This document shows, piece after piece, positions 1-9,519 of a stretch of 64,000 bases of DNA. Under the pieces are notes generated by a model. The model was not told the DNA's origin. It worked only from the letters and a program-made list of their open reading frames with translations, and made no database searches. A program made the translations under genes and the position numbers. Each line of letters opens with the position of its first letter. Within the stretch, counting starts at the first letter, position 1. This DNA comes from Alphaproteobacteria bacterium (GTDB taxonomy: Bacteria; Pseudomonadota; Alphaproteobacteria; SP197): contig OZ219747.1 in the NCBI GenBank assembly GCA_964291265.2, forward strand, positions 1,024,001 to 1,088,000, in the 5' to 3' direction.

Positions 1-445
1 GCGATGCCCGGCCTGACATCAGCCAGAAGTGGACGGTGAAGAAGAGCATCGATTGCGTGGCGAACATGATGAGGCCGAGTTCGAGACCGGCATCGCCGAA
101 GGCGAAGAGGTTGAGCGGCAGGCCGAGATTGCCGAGATTGCCGAACACCACCGGCGGCAGGAAGACACCCGCAGGCAGGGCCGTCAGCCTGATCAGAAGG
201 TGGCCCGATGCCAGGAACGCGCCGATCATGAGCAGGGCAGCGAGAACCATGATCCCGAGTTCCACGGCCGGCACCACGAGTGTCGAGAGGGTCGAAAACA
301 CGAGGCACGGAGTGCCGACGTTGAGAATGACCGGTGTCAACCGGTCGGGTTCGACCGGCTTCCCCCAGCGGGCCCAGGCCACTCCGACAAGGATCGTTGC
401 CAGGACCGGAACGAGGACCGGTACCAGCGCATCGACAAGAGCCAA
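1..445 (-). CDS. AEC (auxin efflux carrier) family transporter, 5' part; runs off the window start
   Basis: Not in the ORF track. Manual minus-strand translation from TTG at 445 gives MALVDALVPVLVPVLATILVGVAWARWGK...PCLVFSTL...VFGNLGNLGLPLNLFAFGDAGL: hydrophobic, with the AEC-type N-x-G-N-x-G-L-P motif. Confidence 0.8.
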   Translation of the reverse strand, partial: MALVDALVPVLVPVLATILVGVAWARWGKPVEPDRLTPVILNVGTPCLVFSTLSTLVVPAVELGIMVLAALLMIGAFLASGHLLIRLTALPAGVFLPPVVFGNLGNLGLPLNLFAFGDAGLELGLIMFATQSMLFFTVHFWLMSGRAS

Positions 446-458
446 GGGTTCGCTCCGG

Positions 459-1736
459 TCAGTCTTCGCCCGTCTCTGCGGAGGGGGGCGTCACACGCAG
501 CCGGACAATCTGGTTGCGCTGGCGCTCAAGCACCTCGAAGCGAAAGTTGTGGAACTCGAAGACCTGTCCGGCATCCGGGATCTGCTGGGCCTCCTGAATC
601 ACCAGGCCGGCGATGGTGATGGCGCCGTCTTCCGGGAGTTTCCAGTCGAACTCCCGGTTGAGGTCGCGGATGGTGGCGGCGCCGTTCAGTAGCAGGGTCC
701 CGTCCTCGTCAATCTTCGCATCGACCTCCCTGACATCGTGCTCGTCCTCGATGTCGCCGACGATCTCCTCGAGGATGTCCTCGAGTGTGACGACCCCCAT
801 GATGCCTCCGTACTGGTCAACGACGACCGCGAAGTGGAGGTGACGCTCGCGAAACACGGCCAGCTGTTCGCTCAGCGACGTGGTGTCCGGCGCGAACCAC
901 GGTTCGGTGGCAACCTCCGTGATGTCGAACACGCCCTTGTCGCGGTGGCGATAGAGCGCCCGCGCGAGATTCTTGGCGTGCAGGATGCCGACGATGTTGT
1001 CGGGATCGTCGCGCCACAGGGGGATGCGTGTGTGGGAACTCGCCAACGCCGCTTCGATGATGTTTTCCAGAGGCTCGTCGGCATTGATGGTCTCCATGGA
1101 ACGCCGGTGGGTCATGACTTCGCCGATGACGACATCCGAGAGATCGAGGACACCGTCGAGCATGGCATGCCGGTCCTTCACCAGCCCACCCTCGTGCCGG
1201 TAGAGATCGAGGATGCTCCGCAGTTCCTCGTCCGAGGGAATCGTCTCGTCACGGGAATCCCGGGCTCCGGCAAGGCGGAACATGATCTGGACCACTCCCT
1301 GGAGGGCCCAGGTGAGCGGCTGTGCCAGCCACACGACGCCTCTCATGAAGGGAGCGACGGCGAGGGCGACGAACTCGGCATTCCTGATGGCGTAGGTCTT
1401 GGGCATGATCTCGGCAAAGATCACCACGACGACGGTCATGGCGGCGATGGCGTAGGCCACTCCGGCCTCGCCCACCAGGGCGGTGAAGACGTAGGTGGCC
1501 ATCGATGCCACGGCGATGTTGAACAGATTGTTCCCGATCAGAATGGCGCTGATCAGGTGTTCGCGGTCCTCCATCAGTGCGGTCGCCCGCGTCGCCCTGC
1601 GATCCCCGGCAAGCCCGAGGCCGTGAATCCTGGACCGATTGGCTGCGGTCAGCGCCGTTTCGGAGCCCGAAAAGACGGCCGAAAAGACAAGAAGAACCAC
1701 AATCAGGACGAAGTAGACTTCCAGGAGATCAGTCAT
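459..1736 (-). CDS. HlyC/CorC (CNNM) family transporter: DUF21 + CBS pair + CorC domain
   Basis: FSGSETAL, ILIGNNL, IFAEIMPK, HTRIPLW, VVDQYGG..G.VTLEDILEEIVGDIEDEHD motifs. Confidence 0.93.
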   Translation of the reverse strand: MTDLLEVYFVLIVVLLVFSAVFSGSETALTAANRSRIHGLGLAGDRRATRATALMEDREHLISAILIGNNLFNIAVASMATYVFTALVGEAGVAYAIAAMTVVVVIFAEIMPKTYAIRNAEFVALAVAPFMRGVVWLAQPLTWALQGVVQIMFRLAGARDSRDETIPSDEELRSILDLYRHEGGLVKDRHAMLDGVLDLSDVVIGEVMTHRRSMETINADEPLENIIEAALASSHTRIPLWRDDPDNIVGILHAKNLARALYRHRDKGVFDITEVATEPWFAPDTTSLSEQLAVFRERHLHFAVVVDQYGGIMGVVTLEDILEEIVGDIEDEHDVREVDAKIDEDGTLLLNGAATIRDLNREFDWKLPEDGAITIAGLVIQEAQQIPDAGQVFEFHNFRFEVLERQRNQIVRLRVTPPSAETGED

Positions 1737-1826
1737 CGTGTGCCATCCGCAAGGTGTGCTTCGGGTGAGTCCGGTTGTGTCCTGCGGTGTGCCTGATCCG
1801 CAAGTCGGTGGGTTGCCCGCCGGTCG

Positions 1827-2309
1827 ATGACCGACAACGATGGATTGTCATCAACGCATGGGAGCATCGTCTTGTCCGTTCTCAGCAATCCCGACGAGTG
1901 GTGGATGTCCCCCGTCGACTATGCCAGGCGGCTCAGCGGGTTGACCGTCAACCTTCTTTCGCGTGATGTCGAGGCCGTCGTGCCGTTCCACACCCGTGTT
2001 CTGGGAGCGGTGGCGGAGTATGTCTGCGTGGATTTCGCGTCCTTCGTCTTTGGCGAGGTCACCTGGATGGTGCATGCCGATCACACCTATGACGGTCACC
2101 AGCTGCATGCCAGCCTTGGTGCCGGTCACCTGCGGGGAGTCGGCGTGGAACTGCGTCTCCGCGGCCGCGACCCGGATGCGGCCTGCCAGGCGGCCGGAGA
2201 ACTGGGCGCCACCGTCATCGAACCGGCGACCACCAAGTCCCACGGCACGCGCGAGGCCTTCATCCTGGATCCCGACGGCTATCTTTGGGTGCCGGATATC
2301 CTCGCCTGA
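1827..2309 (+). CDS. VOC/glyoxalase family protein (start may be a later ATG)
   Basis: DVEAVVPFHTRVLG, GVGVELRL and HGTREAFILDPDGYLW fit the VOC fold. Confidence 0.75.
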   Translation: MTDNDGLSSTHGSIVLSVLSNPDEWWMSPVDYARRLSGLTVNLLSRDVEAVVPFHTRVLGAVAEYVCVDFASFVFGEVTWMVHADHTYDGHQLHASLGAGHLRGVGVELRLRGRDPDAACQAAGELGATVIEPATTKSHGTREAFILDPDGYLWVPDILA

Positions 2310-2344
2310 GTGACTGGTCTCACGGGGTGCGGTGTGGTGCACGA

Positions 2345-3466
2345 TCAGGTCTTCCGGGCCAGTGTCGATGCCAGGAATTCCTCGACCCTGGCGGGGGCGA
2401 CATCGCGGGTCATGAAGGCCTCGCCGATGCCACTCACGAGCACGAATGCAACCCTGCCCCCGGCCACCTTCTTGTCCTGGGCCATGTGGTGGACCAGTTC
2501 CCCGACGTCAAGAACTCCGATCCCGAGGTCGGCAGGATGGACGGGCAGTCCGGTCCGCGCAAGGTGGCGGCGCACACGGACGGCATCTCCGTGCGGGCAC
2601 AATCCGAGGACGACGGAAAGATCGAACGCCATGGTCATGCCGATGGCAACCGCCTCTCCGTGGAGCAGGCGACCGTCGTAGCCGCAGGCTGTTTCGAGGG
2701 CATGGGCGAATGTGTGGCCGAGATTGAGGAGGGCTCTCTCCGAGCCCTCCCTTTCGTCCCGGGCGACGATTGCCGCCTTGGCGGCACAGCTTTCCTCGAC
2801 GGCGTGTTGCAGGTGGAAGGTGCTGCCGGACAGCACTGCCTCACCGTGGTTCTCCAGCCATTCGAAGAAGGACCGGTTGCCGAGAAGACCGTATTTCACC
2901 ACTTCGGCATAGCCGGCGCGGCGTTCCCGTGGCGGCAGTGTCGCCAGCACGCCCGTGTCGGCCAGAACCAGGCGAGGCTGGTGGAACGTGCCGACGAGAT
3001 TCTTGCCGTGACGCGTGTCGATGCCGGTCTTGCCGCCAACGGAGCTGTCCACCTGGGCGAGCAGGGTGGTGGGGAGCTGGACGAAAGCAACGCCTCGGCG
3101 CAGCAGACTCGCCGACAGCCCGGCCAGGTCGCCAACGACTCCGCCGCCAAGGGCCACCACGCCGTCGCCCCGCTCGATGCCTGCATCGAGGAGATCGTCA
3201 AGCAGGCGATCGAGATGACGAAATGACTTCGTCTGCTCGCCCGGCGGCAGGATGACACTGTGACAGCGCAGACCGGCCCGCACGAGAGACTCCTCCAGGG
3301 TTGCGAGATAGAGACCGGCGACGGTCTCGTCGGTGACCACTGCAACGCTGCCCGGATCGCAGGCGGTGGCGATGCGCTGCCCCGCTTCCTCGAGAAGGCC
3401 GGGGCCGATGACGATGTCGTAAGCCCGCTCGCTGAGCGGAACACGCAGCACGGCAGGGTCCGTCAT
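2345..3466 (-). CDS. aroB: 3-dehydroquinate synthase
   Basis: ALGGGVVGDLAG, PTTLLAQVDSSVGGKTG, KNLVGTFHQP, LNLGHTFAHALE, LLHGEAVAIG. Confidence 0.97.
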   Translation of the reverse strand: MTDPAVLRVPLSERAYDIVIGPGLLEEAGQRIATACDPGSVAVVTDETVAGLYLATLEESLVRAGLRCHSVILPPGEQTKSFRHLDRLLDDLLDAGIERGDGVVALGGGVVGDLAGLSASLLRRGVAFVQLPTTLLAQVDSSVGGKTGIDTRHGKNLVGTFHQPRLVLADTGVLATLPPRERRAGYAEVVKYGLLGNRSFFEWLENHGEAVLSGSTFHLQHAVEESCAAKAAIVARDEREGSERALLNLGHTFAHALETACGYDGRLLHGEAVAIGMTMAFDLSVVLGLCPHGDAVRVRRHLARTGLPVHPADLGIGVLDVGELVHHMAQDKKVAGGRVAFVLVSGIGEAFMTRDVAPARVEEFLASTLARKT

Positions 3467-3990
3467 CGTGCCTGGTGCCTCTTCATGGCCTGGATGATGT
3501 TCCCCGCCACTTCATCCTCGTCATCCATGTCGCTGTCGACGACCATCGTGGCGAGAGCATAGACCGGAGAGCGCTCCTCGATCAGCCTTGCGAGGATGAC
3601 CAGGGGATCTCCGCGGGAGAGCAGGGGGCGCGTGTGACCGGTGCCGACACGCCGCAGGAGGGTACCGGGACCGGCACGCAGCCACACCGTGCAGGCTTCC
3701 TTCAGGATATGACCACGCGTCGCCTCGTTCACGAGAGCGCCGCCACCGGCGGCGATGATTCCCGGACCGGCACGCAGCAGACGCCTGATGACGCGGTGCT
3801 CGGCGCTGCGGAACTCCTTCTCGCCGAACCGCTCGAAGACATCTGTCACCGAAGCTCCTGCCGCCTTCTCGATCTCCTCGTCCGAATCCCTGAAGGGAAG
3901 ACCGAGCCGTGCTGCAAGGCGCCTGCCCACAGTCGTCTTTCCTGCACCCATCATCCCGACAAGGACGATCGGCCGGTCTGCCTTCACCAC
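3463..3990 (-). CDS. aroK: Shikimate kinase
   Basis: P-loop LVGMMGAGKTTVG, DSDEEIE, GEKEFR, AGGGA, RPLL; overlaps the aroB start. Confidence 0.95.
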   Translation of the reverse strand: MVKADRPIVLVGMMGAGKTTVGRRLAARLGLPFRDSDEEIEKAAGASVTDVFERFGEKEFRSAEHRVIRRLLRAGPGIIAAGGGALVNEATRGHILKEACTVWLRAGPGTLLRRVGTGHTRPLLSRGDPLVILARLIEERSPVYALATMVVDSDMDDEDEVAGNIIQAMKRHQAR

Positions 3991-4083
3991 GCCTTCTCCG
4001 GAGGCAACAATTGCCGCATCCCTGCCATGAACGTATAGATTGTACTTCGTGTTGTGTTCAACGTTCCACGACTGCGCCCAACC

Positions 4084-4224
4084 ATGCGATTGATCAAGCG
4101 CCTCCTCATCCTTGTGGTTCTTCTTGCCGTTGCAGGCGGAGCCGGCTACCTCGCCGTGTGGGACATCGAGTCTCCGATGCGCACGATTGTCGAGGATGTT
4201 CCCGATGACAGGTTCGACAACTAG
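4084..4224 (+). CDS. Small (46 aa) single-pass membrane protein
   Basis: Below the ORF-track cutoff. MRLIKRLLILVVLLAVAGGAGYLAVWDIESPMRTIVEDVPDDRFDN*; divergent from aroK and overlapping the next gene start. Confidence 0.65.
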   Translation: MRLIKRLLILVVLLAVAGGAGYLAVWDIESPMRTIVEDVPDDRFDN

Positions 4225-6034
4225 ACGTCTCTGCGGCGCCGGACTCGTCGTCGCCGTCGTGCTGGCCGCGACCGGCGCACGCAGTCAGGACACCGAACCC
4301 CTCGTCATCGTTCCCCTCGAGCCGGTTGGAGTCGACAGTGCGCCTCTCGAACCGGTCGAACCCGACGTCATCTCCACCGGGTCGGTTGAATCGATCGAGG
4401 AGGTGGAGGGCATCGTTGACCCAGCGGAGACGGTGTTGCAGCAGGCGGAAGAACCGGCGGCTGACGGCCTCGAGGTGGATGCCCTTCCGGCCCTTGTTGT
4501 CGGTCGTGTGGGAACCATCGGCGAGACAACAGGCGGATTTTCCCGAGACCTCTGGCAGAACAGTGATGGCGCTTTCATCGCCTCCCTCATGGGCATGCTT
4601 GGATCCGGAACCCAGAGAGTGCCGGATCTGGCGCGGCGCCTGCTGCTGACCACGGCCGATCCCCCGGCCGACGCGGTGGACGGCTGGCTGGGCATGAGGA
4701 TTGAAACACTGATTGCCCTTGGCCTCACCGACGATGCCGCCGACCTCATGCAGCGTGCGGGGCGCCGGGCACTGCAGGGAGCGGGAAACAAGGGTAGTGT
4801 CGACGTACTCCTTCTTGCCGGCGAGGTCGAGGAGGCATGCCGGGAGGTCCGCACGCAGCTTGACGAGGACGATGCCCCCTATCTGGCCACCGCGCTGGTG
4901 TTCTGTCAGCGTCTCGAGGGTGCCCATGCTGCCGCGGAACTGAGCCTCTCGGTGCTCCAGGATGCCGGTGTCGACATCGACCCCCGCTACCTGGTGCTGG
5001 ACAAGGCGCTTGCGACGTCCACACCGGTTGATCTCGTCACGCTTGGCAACGTCACTCCCCTGATGTTCGCCATGGTCCTCGCTGGCGCTGCGGAGGTCTC
5101 CACCGGATTCCTCGATCACGCATCGTTGCCGGTCCTGCGGGCGATTGCCGATCGCCCCGGACTTTCCGTTGCCCTGCGGCTCGCCGCTGCGGAACGGGCC
5201 ACGGCCCGTGGTGTCATGGCGCCGGCCGACCTTGCCTCCCGTTACCTCGGGGCCGGCCCTTTCACTGACGCGCAAGCGGATCCGGTCATCCGGGCACAGA
5301 TGTTCCAGGATCTGAAGGGTGCGGCGTCGGCCGAAGACAAGGCGAGACTCATCGCCTCATTCGTCCAGCTCGGGGCAAGGGCTCCGGAGCCTTGGGTTTT
5401 TCGGGCCGTGGCCATGGTGGCGGCCGCCGAGGTTGCCGCACTGGCGCCGGGCAACGAGCTTGGCTGGTTCTCGACCCAGGCGGCCCTCACGCTGCTGGCG
5501 GCGGGAGCGGCCGAGGATGCGGCCGGATGGTGGCCCCTCATCGAACAGCGGGCGCTCCTCGATCACGAGACGGCGGCGGAAGCGGCCGTCTTCTGGCCCT
5601 TGCTCCGGCTATGGATGGGCGATGACCTCTTCGACGACGGCACCGCGATGCACACCTGGTGGCGGACGGTTGTCGGGGTTGCACCCGACCGCGCCCGTCG
5701 ACTTGGAGAACTCTACCTTGTCCTCCTGGCGGCCCTCGATGACCGGATCGCCGAACCGATCCTGCACGACATCCTTCTCGCCACGTCCGACAGGCGTCTG
5801 GTGCCGCGTGAGAGCGTCGGCGACGCCGGGCTTGTTGTGGCACTCGCCGCGGCTTCCAGGGATGGTCGTCTCGGTGAGGCGCTGCTGCTCTGCACGGTCC
5901 TCCTGGCGTCGCAGGATCCTTCCCGTGCGGACATCCGGAGTGCCGCTGCCGTGATAGGAGCCCTGAATTCCCTGGGACTGGAACGTGAGGCGAGGCTGCT
6001 TGCTCTCGAGGTCGCGTTCGCGAACGCGGTCTGA
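4205..6034 (+). CDS. Exported alpha-helical hypothetical protein
   Basis: Signal-peptide-like MTGSTTRRLCGAGLVVAVVLAATGARSQ, acidic linker, long Ala/Leu-rich body; lies just upstream of xerD. Confidence 0.7.
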   Translation: MTGSTTRRLCGAGLVVAVVLAATGARSQDTEPLVIVPLEPVGVDSAPLEPVEPDVISTGSVESIEEVEGIVDPAETVLQQAEEPAADGLEVDALPALVVGRVGTIGETTGGFSRDLWQNSDGAFIASLMGMLGSGTQRVPDLARRLLLTTADPPADAVDGWLGMRIETLIALGLTDDAADLMQRAGRRALQGAGNKGSVDVLLLAGEVEEACREVRTQLDEDDAPYLATALVFCQRLEGAHAAAELSLSVLQDAGVDIDPRYLVLDKALATSTPVDLVTLGNVTPLMFAMVLAGAAEVSTGFLDHASLPVLRAIADRPGLSVALRLAAAERATARGVMAPADLASRYLGAGPFTDAQADPVIRAQMFQDLKGAASAEDKARLIASFVQLGARAPEPWVFRAVAMVAAAEVAALAPGNELGWFSTQAALTLLAAGAAEDAAGWWPLIEQRALLDHETAAEAAVFWPLLRLWMGDDLFDDGTAMHTWWRTVVGVAPDRARRLGELYLVLLAALDDRIAEPILHDILLATSDRRLVPRESVGDAGLVVALAAASRDGRLGEALLLCTVLLASQDPSRADIRSAAAVIGALNSLGLEREARLLALEVAFANAV

Positions 6035-6081
6035 CGGAACGGGACGGGAGTCTCCGCGATCATGGTTCGAACGGTGCGACG

Positions 6082-6972
6082 GTGACGAGGGACGCTCAGG
6101 GGCCGGTGGATGTCATCGGTCTCTTCCTCGAGATGATGGTGGTCGAACGCGGCGCATCCTCCAACACGGTCGAGGCCTATCGCCGGGACCTTGCGGACCT
6201 TGCGGATCACCTGGCGCCTGGTTCCCTTCAGGAGGCTTCATCGGACGACATCCGCCGCTGGCTCAGCGCACTGCGCCGCCGTGGCGCCAGCGCCGGAACC
6301 GCGGCCCGGCGCATGTCGGCAGCCCGCCAGTTCTACCGCTTCCTTGCCAGCGAAGAACTGCGCAGCGACGATCCGGCGGCAAGGCTGGAGTCGCCCCGGT
6401 CCGGCCCAGTCCTGCCCAAGGTGCTGTCCCAGGACCAGGTCAGCCGTTTGCTGGAGACCGCTCACGGCGGTGAGCGGCCGCAAGACCTGCGCCGGGCGGC
6501 CCTGGTGGAACTGCTCTATGCCACCGGTCTGCGTGTCTCCGAACTCGTGTCCCTGCCAGCCAGCGCGATTGAGCGCGATGCGCCCTTCATCATCGTGCGC
6601 GGCAAGGGGGGACGTGAACGTCTCGTGCCCATCGGCGAGCGGGCCCTGCGAACGGTCAGGGTCTGGCTTTCCGTGCGTCCAGGCCCGTCACCGTGGCTGT
6701 TCCCCTCCCGCGGCGCTTCCGGTCACCTGACGCGCCAGTCCGCGGGCAGGATCCTGAAGAAACTCGCCATGGACTCGTGCCTTGACCCGGCGGCGGTCAC
6801 TCCCCACGTGCTGCGTCATGCCTTCGCCAGCCATCTTCTGGACAACGGCGCGGACCTGCGTTCCGTTCAGACCATGCTGGGCCATGCGGACATATCAACC
6901 ACGCAGATCTACACCCATGTTCTCGAGGAACGCCTCAAGTCTGCCCTGGCCAGGCATCACCCTCTTGCTTGA
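6082..6972 (+). CDS. xerD: Site-specific tyrosine recombinase XerD
   Basis: SSNTVEAYRRDL, LYATGLRVSELV, GKGGRERLVP, TPHVLRHAFASHLL, LGHADISTTQIYTHV. Confidence 0.92.
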   Translation: MTRDAQGPVDVIGLFLEMMVVERGASSNTVEAYRRDLADLADHLAPGSLQEASSDDIRRWLSALRRRGASAGTAARRMSAARQFYRFLASEELRSDDPAARLESPRSGPVLPKVLSQDQVSRLLETAHGGERPQDLRRAALVELLYATGLRVSELVSLPASAIERDAPFIIVRGKGGRERLVPIGERALRTVRVWLSVRPGPSPWLFPSRGASGHLTRQSAGRILKKLAMDSCLDPAAVTPHVLRHAFASHLLDNGADLRSVQTMLGHADISTTQIYTHVLEERLKSALARHHPLA

Positions 6973-7034
6973 CATCCGCCAGTGGCTCAAGGCATTGACT
7001 CGTGCCACTCAAACACCCGGGGGAGAACCGCTCC

Positions 7035-8015
7035 ATGAGCTTCACCATCATCGATGCTGCTCCGGCGCGGCTCAACCGCAGCGAACTCGCCGTCCCGGGA
7101 AGCCGCACGGGTCTTTTCGCCAAGGCAGCGGCCGGCGATGCCGATGTCGTCTTTCTCGATCTCGAGGATGCTGTCGCGCCGGACGACAAGCCGCAGGCCA
7201 GGAAGAACGTCATCGAGGCCGTCAACGATCTCGACTGGGGCACCAAGACCCTTTCCGTGCGCATCAACGGGCTCGACACCCACTACATGTACCGTGATGT
7301 CGTCGACGTGATCGAACAGACGAATGGCCGGCTGGATCTCATCATGATCCCCAAGGTCGGAACGCCGGCCGATGTCTATGCAGTCGACATGCTCGTCACC
7401 CAGGTCGAGGACGCGATGGCGCGCACGAAACGGATCGGTTTTGAACTCATCATCGAGACGGCCCTCGGCATGTCCAATGTCGAGGCGATCGCCGGCGCCA
7501 GCGGACGCAACGAGAGCCTGCATTTTGGGGTGGCTGACTATGCCGCCTCGACACGTGCCCGCATGACGACCATTGGCGGCCCCAATCCCCTCTACGGCGT
7601 GCTGACGGACGCCGAGGGTGACGCTCCACGGACATTTCACTGGGGAGACATGTGGCACTTCGCCATTTCCCGCATGGTGGTGGCGGCCCGGGCACAGGGT
7701 CTGCGGCCCATCGACGGACCCTTCGGTGATTTCCGGGATGGCGACGGCTATCGCGCCCAGGCCAACCGGGCAGCTGCACTGGGATGCGAAGGCAAGTGGG
7801 CCATTCATCCGGGTCAGATTCCCCTCGCCAATGAGGTGAACAGCCCGTCCGAAAAGGAAGTCACCCAAGCGCAGCGCATTCTTGATGCCATGGACAAGGC
7901 GCAAAGGGAAGGCCAGGGCGCGGTCTCCCTGGACGGCAAGCTGATTGATATCGCGTCGATCAAGCAGGCCGAGGTGATGGTGCGCAAGGCCGAACAGATC
8001 AGATCGGTCGGATAG
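7035..8015 (+). CDS. mcl: L-malyl-CoA/beta-methylmalyl-CoA lyase (CitE/HpcH family)
   Basis: RSELAVPGS, FLDLEDAVAPDDK, RINGLDTHYMYRDVVD, FGVADYAASTRAR, GKWAIHP closely follow MclA-type enzymes. Confidence 0.85.
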   Translation: MSFTIIDAAPARLNRSELAVPGSRTGLFAKAAAGDADVVFLDLEDAVAPDDKPQARKNVIEAVNDLDWGTKTLSVRINGLDTHYMYRDVVDVIEQTNGRLDLIMIPKVGTPADVYAVDMLVTQVEDAMARTKRIGFELIIETALGMSNVEAIAGASGRNESLHFGVADYAASTRARMTTIGGPNPLYGVLTDAEGDAPRTFHWGDMWHFAISRMVVAARAQGLRPIDGPFGDFRDGDGYRAQANRAAALGCEGKWAIHPGQIPLANEVNSPSEKEVTQAQRILDAMDKAQREGQGAVSLDGKLIDIASIKQAEVMVRKAEQIRSVG

Positions 8016-8034
8016 GGACTGCGTCCCGGCTGCC

Positions 8035-8991
8035 ATGCGCCTGGCACTCGAATTCGAGCGGCCGATCGTTGAACTCGAAAGCAAGATCGAGGAGCTTCGC
8101 CGGCTGTCGGTCGACGATGGGGTCAACATTGTCGACGAGGTCAATCGTCTGGAGACGAAGCTCGACCGTCTCCTCGTGCAGACCTACGGCAAACTCAGTC
8201 CGTGGCAGAAGACCCAGGTCGCCAGGCACCCGGCCCGTCCCCACACGTCGGTCTTCATCTCGTCTCTTATCGAGGACTTCCTCCCGTTTGCCGGAGACCG
8301 TCTCTATGGCGAGGATCCCGCCATGCTGGCGGGGATCGGCGCCTTCAACGGGCGTCCGGTGGTGGTCATGGGCCACGAGAAAGGCAACGACACGGACAGT
8401 CGGGTCCGGCACAACTTCGGCATGGCGCGGCCCGAAGGCTACCGCAAGGCGGCTCGGCTGATGCGCCTGGCGGATCGTTTTGGCCTGGCGGTGATCACCT
8501 TTGTCGACACGGCCGGAGCCTATCCGGGAATCGGTGCCGAGGAGAGGGGGCAGGCGGAGGCCATCGCCCGTTCCATCGAGACCTGCCTGACCATCCGCGT
8601 ACCACTGGTGTCCGTGGTGATCGGCGAGGGAGGCTCGGGAGGCGCCGTCGCCATCGCCGTGGCGGACCGCGTGCTGATGCTTGAGCACGCTGTCTACTCC
8701 GTGATCTCTCCGGAAGGATGCGCCTCCATCCTGTGGCGCAGCAGCGATGAGGCTGAGACGGCGGCCAATGCCCTGAAACTGACCGCCAGCGACCTGGAGG
8801 GCCTGCAGATCATCGACCGCGTGGTGAAGGAGCCGCTGGGCGGCGCCCACCGTGATCCCGACGCCGCCATACGCACGACCGCCGAGGCCATTTCCGCCGC
8901 CCTGGAGGAACTCGATCCTCACGATGGCGATGCCCTCGTTGCCGGGCGCCGAGACAAGTTCGTGAAGATGGGCCGTCATCTGTCCCCTTGA
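8035..8991 (+). CDS. accA: Acetyl-CoA carboxylase carboxyltransferase alpha subunit
   Basis: LEFERPI, ARHPARP, NFGMARPEGYRKA, DTAGAYPG, GEGGSGGA, YSVISPEGCASILW. Confidence 0.97.
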   Translation: MRLALEFERPIVELESKIEELRRLSVDDGVNIVDEVNRLETKLDRLLVQTYGKLSPWQKTQVARHPARPHTSVFISSLIEDFLPFAGDRLYGEDPAMLAGIGAFNGRPVVVMGHEKGNDTDSRVRHNFGMARPEGYRKAARLMRLADRFGLAVITFVDTAGAYPGIGAEERGQAEAIARSIETCLTIRVPLVSVVIGEGGSGGAVAIAVADRVLMLEHAVYSVISPEGCASILWRSSDEAETAANALKLTASDLEGLQIIDRVVKEPLGGAHRDPDAAIRTTAEAISAALEELDPHDGDALVAGRRDKFVKMGRHLSP

Positions 8992-9074
8992 CGCTCCGTG
9001 CATCGGACACGCCAGCCGTCTCAAGGGGACTTGCGCCCGGCGAGGTCCTCGGCTACCTAGTCGCGTGATCCGGC

Positions 9075-9151
9075 GCACCCCTAGCTCAACTGGATAGAGC
9101 ACCTGACTACGGATCAGGAGGTTGGGGGTTCGAATCCTCCGGGGTGCGCCA
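9075..9151 (+). tRNA. tRNA-Arg (ACG)
   Basis: GCACCCC acceptor pairs with GGGGTGC; D-arm AGCTCAACTGGATAGAGC; anticodon arm CCTGA-CTACGGA-TCAGG; T-loop GGTTCGAATCC; encoded CCA. Confidence 0.97.
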
Positions 9152-9289
9152 GTCTTCCGGCCCCATAAGGTTCAGGTCTCATGCGTACATGATACCGGGA
9201 CCGGTGGCGGGGAGCAATCCCCGACGAATCCACGCCTGGCCAGGCGGCGCCCAACGCAAACGGGAGCGCCGCACGAATCCGGAAATCTC

Positions 9290-9431
9290 AAAGGGAAACA
9301 GCCCCCGCATTGGTGTGCGGAGGCTGTTTGGATGGTTGACCAAGGAACCTGGGTCAACCGTTGGGCAAGGAACCCATTGTGGTGACAAGTCCAACGAATG
9401 GAAGGGATTGTCACGCTCGGTGCTTGGCGGC
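9290..9431 (-). ncRNA. Candidate counter-transcribed RNA upstream of repC
   Basis: Lies between a near-consensus minus-strand promoter and a terminator-like hairpin. Contains stems GTGACAA/TTGTCAC, TGGG/CCCA and GGTTGACC/GGTCAACC with TTCCTT-type loops. Confidence 0.5.
9296..9329 (-). terminator. Hairpin, probable intrinsic terminator of the antisense RNA
   Basis: AAACAGCC-C-CCGCA...TGCGG-A-GGCTGTTT stem; the minus strand ends ...GCTGTTTCCCTTT. Confidence 0.5.
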
Positions 9432-9437
9432 ACCGGC

Positions 9438-9467
9438 GTTATAGCCCGCAGCGTTCCTTGTCGTCAA
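9438..9467 (-). promoter_or_regulatory. Sigma70-like promoter, antisense to the repC leader
   Basis: Minus strand TTGACG (9467-9462), 18-nt spacer, TATAAC (9443-9438); unusual in such GC-rich DNA. Confidence 0.6.
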
Positions 9468-9519
9468 CCCCCTTCTTCGAACTTTCCTGTGCGGCGTCCC
9501 TCAACTGGGGATTCGCAGG

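Noticed and set aside
29-692. Plus-strand ORFs 29-619 and 36-692
   Set aside because: Shadows of the minus-strand AEC transporter and HlyC/CorC genes.
6082-6972. xerD as the island integrase
   Set aside because: It lies among housekeeping genes on the host side of the tRNA, in the usual aroK/accA neighbourhood.
9130-9151. attR copy of the tRNA 3' end
   Set aside because: I saw no second TCCTCCGGGGTGCGCCA by eye; it may be outside the window, and a string search would settle it.
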